Part shown: positions 58,002 through 64,000 of the stretch, piece by piece
Numbering within the stretch: the first letter of the stretch is position 1
Layout: every line of letters starts with the position of its first letter
Assembly: GCA_963827165.1 (NCBI GenBank)
Contig: CAWGZR010000011.1
Location: 64,001-128,000 of the forward strand
From: Candidatus Bathyarchaeota archaeon
GTDB lineage: Archaea; Thermoproteota; Bathyarchaeia; Bathyarchaeales; Bathycorpusculaceae
Length of the DNA stretch: 64,000 bases
Direction of reading: 5' to 3'
Notes under the pieces: generated by a model
Told to the model about the DNA's origin: nothing
What the model saw: only the letters and a program-made list of their open reading frames with translations
The model's database searches: none
Program-made: the position numbers and the translations under genes

Positions 58002-58038
58002 GAACAGAACTGTTCCCTCACTGTTCTCAAAGAGAACA
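58002..58038. promoter_or_regulatory. Cluster of GAACA/TGTTC inverted repeats upstream of the 57960 operon
   Basis: GAACAG-AA-CTGTTC (58002-58015) and TGTTCTC-AAA-GAGAACA (58022-58038); TCACTGTTC also at 57957. Confidence 0.55.
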
Positions 58039-58075
58039 CCGCTGAATCGGCGAAAAATAAGGGGTTTGTTTAAGC

Positions 58076-58549
58076 TTACAGTTTCTTAACTAGTAAAGCG
58101 ATATTTCTTCCAAGCGTTTCGCAGTCTTCAAGGTCTTTTTTCTTAGGTGACCCCGTTACAGCCACTCCATAGTGCCTCTCGTCTGCTCTTCCCTGCACAA
58201 TCATCCCGTGAACAAGCATTGCCTGCACGATGGACAGCAACGTGGTTTCGCCTCCTGAAGCGGTTCCTCCGCTGCTTGTGAAAGCTCCGCCGACTTTCCC
58301 AGTTAGCTGCTGATGAATCTGCACTGAATCATCGATTAACTTCTTGAGTTTGGCTGACATTAGCCCATAATAAGTTGGCGACCCCATAATTATGCCGTCT
58401 GCGGCAAGAAGGTCGCTGTTTTTTGTTTGCTCAACCCTTTTGACAGTGACTTCGATGCCGCCTGCTTTTTCGGCGCCTTTCGCTACGGCTAAGGCCATCG
58501 CTTCAGTGTTTCCCGATTTTGAATCGAAAACAATAAGGATTTTCGGCAT
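58076..58549 (-). CDS. WrbA-like flavodoxin / NAD(P)H:quinone oxidoreductase
   Basis: 'IVFDSKSGNTEAMA', 'ADGIIMGSPTYYG', 'GKVGGAFTSSG...GGETT'. Confidence 0.9.
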   Translation of the reverse strand: MPKILIVFDSKSGNTEAMALAVAKGAEKAGGIEVTVKRVEQTKNSDLLAADGIIMGSPTYYGLMSAKLKKLIDDSVQIHQQLTGKVGGAFTSSGGTASGGETTLLSIVQAMLVHGMIVQGRADERHYGVAVTGSPKKKDLEDCETLGRNIALLVKKL

Positions 58550-58553
58550 ACTC

Positions 58554-59117
58554 TCACCTTACAAGCTCCCATATTACTTCATCAACATTAAGCACTTTTG
58601 CACCGTAAACGTACTCAAGATACTTTAAAGTCTGCTCTTGCTCTTCCTTGGTAAACGCTTCCACTCCGTCTTTGGCGACAATTATTCGGTATCCTCTGAA
58701 AAATGCGTCTGCAGCGGTGTGGCGCACACAGAGTTGGGTATGCAGCCCGCCCAGGACGACGGTTTTCACTCCTTCACCCTTGTAGAGGTTCCGCAGAAGC
58801 GAGTCTAATCCTGTCTCGAAAAAACCGCTATACGTCCGCTTCTCCACAACATAATCTTTAGTTTCGTCGGGTTTCATCTCGGGGATGACTTGGGCACCTT
58901 CGGTGCCTTTTATAGCGTGGTTTCCCCATTTCCTCGTGACTTCCACGTCTTGAGGGTAGTGCGAATCGACACAGTAGATGACTGGAATATTGTTTAGGTG
59001 AGCAGTAGTTATGAGCCTTTGCAACGCTGGAACGACGGCTTTGGCACGTTCGACTTTCATGGGTCCGGAAACGAAATCGTTCTGTAAATCTATAAGCAAG
59101 AGGGCTGGTCTATCCAA
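58554..59117 (-). CDS. Isochorismatase/nicotinamidase-family cysteine hydrolase
   Basis: Triad D (IDLQNDF), K (EKRTYSGF), C (TQLCV); 'WGNHAIKGT'. Confidence 0.9.
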   Translation of the reverse strand: MDRPALLLIDLQNDFVSGPMKVERAKAVVPALQRLITTAHLNNIPVIYCVDSHYPQDVEVTRKWGNHAIKGTEGAQVIPEMKPDETKDYVVEKRTYSGFFETGLDSLLRNLYKGEGVKTVVLGGLHTQLCVRHTAADAFFRGYRIIVAKDGVEAFTKEEQEQTLKYLEYVYGAKVLNVDEVIWELVR

Positions 59118-59166
59118 AATTTCACGCTCAGAAAATAGAAAGAGGCAGACTCTTTTTAGCTTTGCC

Positions 59167-60231
59167 TCAAGGCTCAGTTATCAGACTGTACTGTCCAATG
59201 GTGAGTCGTTCAGCGCCATCTTTCGCAACAAAAACAGTGTCTTCTATTCTTACGCCACCATAACCTGGCAGGTAAATTCCAGGCTCATCCGTTACTACGT
59301 TTCCAGTAACCAAGATATCTTTGCTATCGGGGCTCAAAACAGGCGCTTCATGAATTTCCAAGCCGACGCCATGGCCGAGGTTATGGACAAAATAATCGCC
59401 GAAACCAGCGGTTTCAATCACTCGCCTCCCCGCTGCATCAACTTCCATTGTTGGAATGTTTGGTTTTATTGTTTCGAAGGCTTTGTGTTGCGCCTGCTTA
59501 ACTGTTTCATAGATTTTTATCTCCTTATCATTGGGTTTCCCTGCGACAAATGTTCGAGTCATGTCTGAGCGGTAAAACCTGTGGGTTGCGCCTAAGTCAA
59601 CCACTACCAATTCTCCTTCGCGGATTATTCTATTTGAGCAGGAACCGTGTGGATATGCTGAGCTGACTCCTGAAGCAATGATTGTGTCGAAGCTTGTTCC
59701 ATCGGAGCCATTTTTCCGCATCGCGTATTCAACTTCAGCCGCCACTTGCATCTCAGACACCCCTGGGCGAATAAATTCAGAAGCCACTTTCATACCTAAA
59801 GACGCCAACTTGCACGCCTCACGAATCAATAGCGCTTCATCTTCATCTTTGATGCTACGCAGCTTAAGGACAAGGCTGCTTGCTGGCATCAATTTTTCTT
59901 CTCCACCTATTTCTTTGGCAAGGGCGCGCCAACCCTCAATCGCCAACGTGTCCACGGCGTACTTTTCGGTTGGCGCCAATTTGGGGATTTTTTCCATCAG
60001 GTTCTCGCCTCGTTTTAACAGTTCGACGGCTAAGCCCTTGGTTTCTTTATTGGCTTGCTCATAGTTGACTCCTCCAACAAAAAGCACGTTTTCGCCTTTT
60101 TTGGGGATGAGGAGCGCGGAAGCGCCTGAAAAACCCGTGAAGTATAATATATTGTATGGGTTGAAGATGAGGAAATTGCATGATAAGCCTTGTTTGGCTG
60201 CTGCCTGTTTTAGCGAGTCGGATCTTTTCAT
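59167..60231 (-). CDS. Xaa-Pro aminopeptidase/prolidase (M24B)
   Basis: 'VDLGA', 'SDMTRT', 'HNLGHGVGLEIHEAP', 'EPGIYLPG.GGVRIED'. Confidence 0.93.
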   Translation of the reverse strand: MKRSDSLKQAAAKQGLSCNFLIFNPYNILYFTGFSGASALLIPKKGENVLFVGGVNYEQANKETKGLAVELLKRGENLMEKIPKLAPTEKYAVDTLAIEGWRALAKEIGGEEKLMPASSLVLKLRSIKDEDEALLIREACKLASLGMKVASEFIRPGVSEMQVAAEVEYAMRKNGSDGTSFDTIIASGVSSAYPHGSCSNRIIREGELVVVDLGATHRFYRSDMTRTFVAGKPNDKEIKIYETVKQAQHKAFETIKPNIPTMEVDAAGRRVIETAGFGDYFVHNLGHGVGLEIHEAPVLSPDSKDILVTGNVVTDEPGIYLPGYGGVRIEDTVFVAKDGAERLTIGQYSLITEP

Positions 60232-60399
60232 TTTTTTCGCCTGCTTGTGGAGAAGATGGCTTTAGGTTGCTTTAAGTTTTCGCTTCTTTTTTGCGTTATG
60301 TATGGAAAAACAAGTCGTTTTCAGCCGTGAATTTTTAAATGAATTATCCATTAACTTAATATACTTTTTAATCGCCTCGGTAAACAGGGAAGAAAAATC

Positions 60400-62295
60400 A
60401 TGTTTGCTTATGCGGGAAAAATCTTATACGTAAATCTCACAACCGGAGAGATTAAAACAACTGCGTTATCTGAGCAGATGGCGAAAGATTACATTGGAGG
60501 CATAGGCTTAGGGATCCGTTTACTTTTTGACAATTCAAAACCAGGAACCGATGCTTACCACCCAGATAACCCTATAATCTATTTAACAGGTCCACTTAGC
60601 GGCACAATGGGACCCACCGGCGGAAATAGTTACGCCGTAGTATCCAAATCTCCCGCAACAGGAGGCATCGGCAATGCTGAAGCCCATGGCTTCTTCGGTC
60701 CAGATCTGAAACGTGCAGGATACGATGCCGTCGTCATCACCGGTAAAGCTCCAAAACTTTCTTACCTATGGTTGGACGATGACAAAGTTGAGATCCGCAA
60801 CGCAGAGTACCTAAAGAATGCGACCGTTAAGGAAACTGACGATAAAATCCGCGCTGAACTCGGCGACTTCTACATTCGCGTTTCAGCGATAGGCGAAGCG
60901 GGAGAAAAACTGTGCAGGTTCGCAGCCATAATAAATGATGAGTTCCGTGCTATCGGAAGGAGCGGCATGGGCGGAGTCATGGGCTCTAAGAACCTCAAAG
61001 CAGTTGCTGTGCGGGGAACTCATGACGTTGACGTAGCAAACCTCGAGGGGTTCAAAGAATTTGTCAAACTAATTTATGAACGTATGAAAGGTCCCTCAAC
61101 CAAGAAATACAAAACCTTGGGAACACCCGAAAACGTTCTTGTCCTCAACTCGCTCTCAGCCTTGGCAACCCGGAACTGGACGAATGCAACTTTTGAAGGC
61201 GCAGAAAAAGTCAGTGGAGAATACTTCAACGAGCATTATGTTAAAAAAATCGTGGGATGCGCCACATGTGGCATGCGTTGCGACCATATCGGCGTTGTTC
61301 CCGAAGGGCCGTACAAAGGCTCAACCTCTCGACTTGAGTTCGAGTGCCTCTGGAGCATGGGACCGCTCTGCGGCATCGACAGGTTAGACGCAATTATCGA
61401 AGCTATGCGCATAGTAAACGAGTACGGCATGGACGGCATATCCATCGGTGTCGTGGTAGCCTTCGCAATGGATCTCTATGAACACGGCATAATTACAAAA
61501 GAACAAACTGACGGAATCGACCTCAAATTTGGAAACGCAGAAGCGTTGATTGCGGAAATCCATAAAATCGGCAAACGCGAAGGCTGGTTGGGAAATGCAT
61601 TAGCTGAGGGAGTAGCTAAAGCCGCTGAAATCATCGGCGGAGACGCTTACAAGTACGCATGTCACATCAAAGGCTTGGAGTTGCCCGGATATGACCTGAG
61701 AACCCTAAAGACCGCTGCTTTGGGCTTCAGTGTCTCGTTCCGTGGGGCATGTCATCTTAGAAACGGCGCTTACTCGCCCGATGTTAAAGGCAAAGTAAAC
61801 CGCTTCAAGATTGAGAAAGGAAGAGGCAAAATGATCACTGAAGAAAGCTACATGTACAACATCATCGATTCACTCATCGTTTGCAAATTCAGCAGAGGCA
61901 CATACTACGACGGCTGGAAAGACCTCACTAACTACTACACACTGGCAACAGGCATCCCAATTACACCTGAAGAAATGATCCGTGACGGAGACAGAATCGA
62001 AAACCTCGCAAGACTCTTCAACATACGAGAAGGCAAAGGCACACGCAAATACGACGACGTACCCTACAAGATAAAGCACTTCCCAGTTCCAGACGAAGGA
62101 CCCGCCAAAGGCGTCTGCGTAAACGACGAAGAAATGGCAGTTGGCTTAGATGACTATTACGCTTCCAGAGGATGGACAGTTGACGGCATACCAACAGTTG
62201 AACAACTACAAAAAGTCGGTTTAAGTGACTTAGCCTACATCGCCGAGAACGCCATGCAAGCAGCAAAAGAGGCAAAACCTCAAGGAGGCAACTAA
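60400..62295 (+). CDS. aor: Tungsten-dependent aldehyde:ferredoxin oxidoreductase family
   Basis: 'KSPATG', 'GRSGMGGVMGSKNLKAV', 'CATCGMRC', 'EFE', 'GMDGIS', 'RGACHLR', 'YYASRGW'. Confidence 0.93.
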   Translation: MFAYAGKILYVNLTTGEIKTTALSEQMAKDYIGGIGLGIRLLFDNSKPGTDAYHPDNPIIYLTGPLSGTMGPTGGNSYAVVSKSPATGGIGNAEAHGFFGPDLKRAGYDAVVITGKAPKLSYLWLDDDKVEIRNAEYLKNATVKETDDKIRAELGDFYIRVSAIGEAGEKLCRFAAIINDEFRAIGRSGMGGVMGSKNLKAVAVRGTHDVDVANLEGFKEFVKLIYERMKGPSTKKYKTLGTPENVLVLNSLSALATRNWTNATFEGAEKVSGEYFNEHYVKKIVGCATCGMRCDHIGVVPEGPYKGSTSRLEFECLWSMGPLCGIDRLDAIIEAMRIVNEYGMDGISIGVVVAFAMDLYEHGIITKEQTDGIDLKFGNAEALIAEIHKIGKREGWLGNALAEGVAKAAEIIGGDAYKYACHIKGLELPGYDLRTLKTAALGFSVSFRGACHLRNGAYSPDVKGKVNRFKIEKGRGKMITEESYMYNIIDSLIVCKFSRGTYYDGWKDLTNYYTLATGIPITPEEMIRDGDRIENLARLFNIREGKGTRKYDDVPYKIKHFPVPDEGPAKGVCVNDEEMAVGLDDYYASRGWTVDGIPTVEQLQKVGLSDLAYIAENAMQAAKEAKPQGGN

Positions 62296-62296
62296 A

Positions 62297-62809
62297 ATGG
62301 TTCGACCACAAGACAGAAAATTCGTAACTGCTGATCCAGAGAAATGCATAGGCTGCTGTGTCTGCGAGTACGCTTGCAGCATGGTTAACGAGAAAACCTT
62401 CAACCCGACAAAATCACGCATCCGCGCTATGAGACTGGGGCCACTGGTAAACATGGCCGTTACTTGTCGACACTGCGAAGACCCTGCATGCGTAGCCGCT
62501 TGCCCAAGAAACGCCTTAAACCAAGAAGACAACTCAGGAATAGTCCGCGTGGACGAGGACGCTTGCAACGGATGTGGATGGTGCATCAGCGCATGCCAAT
62601 TCGGCGCAATGAACATGCATCCGGACAAAAAAATCGTTTTCACATGCAACAGCTGCACAGACAACGAAACCAAAGAGCCGCAATGCGTCCAATGGTGTCC
62701 AGAAGAAGCCTTAACGTATGTTACCGCCGAAACACTCGCGCAGAAATATCGGCAGAAAGCCGTCAAAAACCTGTTTCAAACATTAGAATCGGAAGCCAAA
62801 TCAAAATAA
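62297..62809 (+). CDS. 4Fe-4S dicluster electron-transfer subunit of AOR
   Basis: Four Cys clusters ('CIGCCVCEYAC', 'CRHCEDPACVAACP', 'CNGCGWCISAC', 'CNSC...CVQWCP'); 1 bp after aor. Confidence 0.9.
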   Translation: MVRPQDRKFVTADPEKCIGCCVCEYACSMVNEKTFNPTKSRIRAMRLGPLVNMAVTCRHCEDPACVAACPRNALNQEDNSGIVRVDEDACNGCGWCISACQFGAMNMHPDKKIVFTCNSCTDNETKEPQCVQWCPEEALTYVTAETLAQKYRQKAVKNLFQTLESEAKSK

Positions 62810-63087
62810 AACCAATCTGGAAATCTTCCAGTCTTCTCTTATTTGTTAATGATGTGACTCGCTTCTGTATTCTGGATTACTATTTTTGAAATAACTTTAG
62901 CAAAACGTTTTTTACTTTGTTTCTCCAATATTTCAATATGTGAGACGTTGTGGTTTCACTTGTTTTTAGGTTAGTAAGACGGGCTGAGAAGGCTCTGATT
63001 TAAATCACGATTCAGATTGCGACAGTCGTGTTTTAGGTTTTTGCATTTTTTCTTTCTCCTTTTGTTTAGAGCCTCAGCACACCGTCA

Positions 63088-64000
63088 CTAACTAGCCTTA
63101 TCAGAAATAGTTCCTTTGGTGTAGGGTACAAACTCTCTGATTTGCTCAATCGAGGTTTTTCCAGTTTTTTCCCGCTGTTCCTTAGATAACTTCAGAATAA
63201 GAGACCTGAGAACCCGTTGAAGAAATTCCTTGCCCGCGTAATCACCCGGAACAAGAATAATGTAAGCTTTGGTTTTCGCCTTCACCGCATCCACGGGTCC
63301 CCCAACAAAACCCGTAACGTCTTCGGCGACTACGCCTACAGCGACCTTGAGTGGTACACTTCTTATCCAGTTGCGTTTTCCGACCACTGCGAAGGCGCCG
63401 TGGGGAACAGATTCTCCTGAAGGACCGCTTTTGCTAAGCTGGTCAACCTTAACCCAGTAAACGTCAGCTGATCCCGCGTTTTCACGCCAAGCACGGGAAA
63501 AGGAAGCTGCGAATTCGCCGGCTTCATGAAGCGTAGGTTCAGGTATAGTTTTGCCTTCCGCCTTTACAACGGTGAATGGGGCTCCTGAGATTTCAGCGTG
63601 GAAAACAACGTCTTCCTGGATAGTGTATTTTTTTATGAGCACTTCGTTGCTGACCGTGTCTTTGCCCGCGACAACTAGGAACCCGTCGGAAGATTTGAAC
63701 CAGCGGAATTTTTCGTACCACTCCTTACTCTCGCGTTCAACCTTACGCTTGGCAAGGGCCTCCATAATCTCCATCGGCTTAAGACTCTTCAGCTCCTCCG
63801 CTCTGCTTAGCTCCTTCTCAATTTGTTCTAAACGTTTTTTCGACTCTTCAAGCGCGACTTGAGCACCAGCAATTTTCTGCTTCGCCTTTTTTCCGAGCTC
63901 ATAGTATTCGTTGGCGTTTTCGTAAATCGAGCGGCGCAAGTTAATGCTGAACCGCAAGTTGTCAAGGAACATGTTCAATGCCAAGTTGCGTCCGTCGAAA
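63088..64000 (-). CDS. Ribosome quality-control NFACT/RqcH (Rqc2) protein, C-terminal part; 5' end outside window
   Basis: 'SIYENANEYYE..KK', 'WYEKFRWF.SSDGFLVVAGKD...NE', 'FHAEI.GAP', 'GAF.V.GKRN'. Confidence 0.9.
   Translation of the reverse strand, partial: FDGRNLALNMFLDNLRFSINLRRSIYENANEYYELGKKAKQKIAGAQVALEESKKRLEQIEKELSRAEELKSLKPMEIMEALAKRKVERESKEWYEKFRWFKSSDGFLVVAGKDTVSNEVLIKKYTIQEDVVFHAEISGAPFTVVKAEGKTIPEPTLHEAGEFAASFSRAWRENAGSADVYWVKVDQLSKSGPSGESVPHGAFAVVGKRNWIRSVPLKVAVGVVAEDVTGFVGGPVDAVKAKTKAYIILVPGDYAGKEFLQRVLRSLILKLSKEQREKTGKTSIEQIREFVPYTKGTISDKAS

Noticed and set aside
142-63862. Numerous 60-185 aa ORFs overlapping long genes on the opposite strand or in alternate frames
   Set aside because: Shadow ORFs inside well-supported genes, with no recognisable motifs or independent expression signals.

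Overview
Archaeal chromosomal segment, most consistent with a Bathyarchaeia-like (TACK) organism. This is inferred from archaeal-type promoters, frequent TTG/CTG starts, an EF-2 paralogue lacking the diphthamide loop, an HMG-CoA synthase/thiolase locus and a class III signal-peptide pilin. It carries uvrBAC, SSB, pncB, an FtsX/LolD-type ABC pair, uppP, a DtxR-regulated NRAMP transporter, a radical SAM-dinB pair and glycosyltransferases. Energy genes include a HoxEFUYH-type and an HdrCB-MvhGA-type [NiFe]-hydrogenase cluster and an aldehyde:ferredoxin oxidoreductase. Also present are purE/purC/purP x2, an EF-2 paralogue coupled to an Ogg1-type glycosylase, a tRNA(CAU, probably Ile2) and a partial RqcH/NFACT. 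Best leads: (1) an active-looking HMG-CoA synthase fused to its DUF35 scaffold and coupled to a thiolase that has lost every catalytic residue; (2) a 10 x 10-bp helically phased repeat array upstream of the hdr/mvh operon; (3) a ~1.7-kb pilin-adhesin islet bounded by the tRNA and a decayed copy of it; (4) single-base frameshifts in three hydrogenase genes; (5) several unannotated small proteins, operators and non-canonical starts. All calls come from reading motifs by eye; no searches were run.
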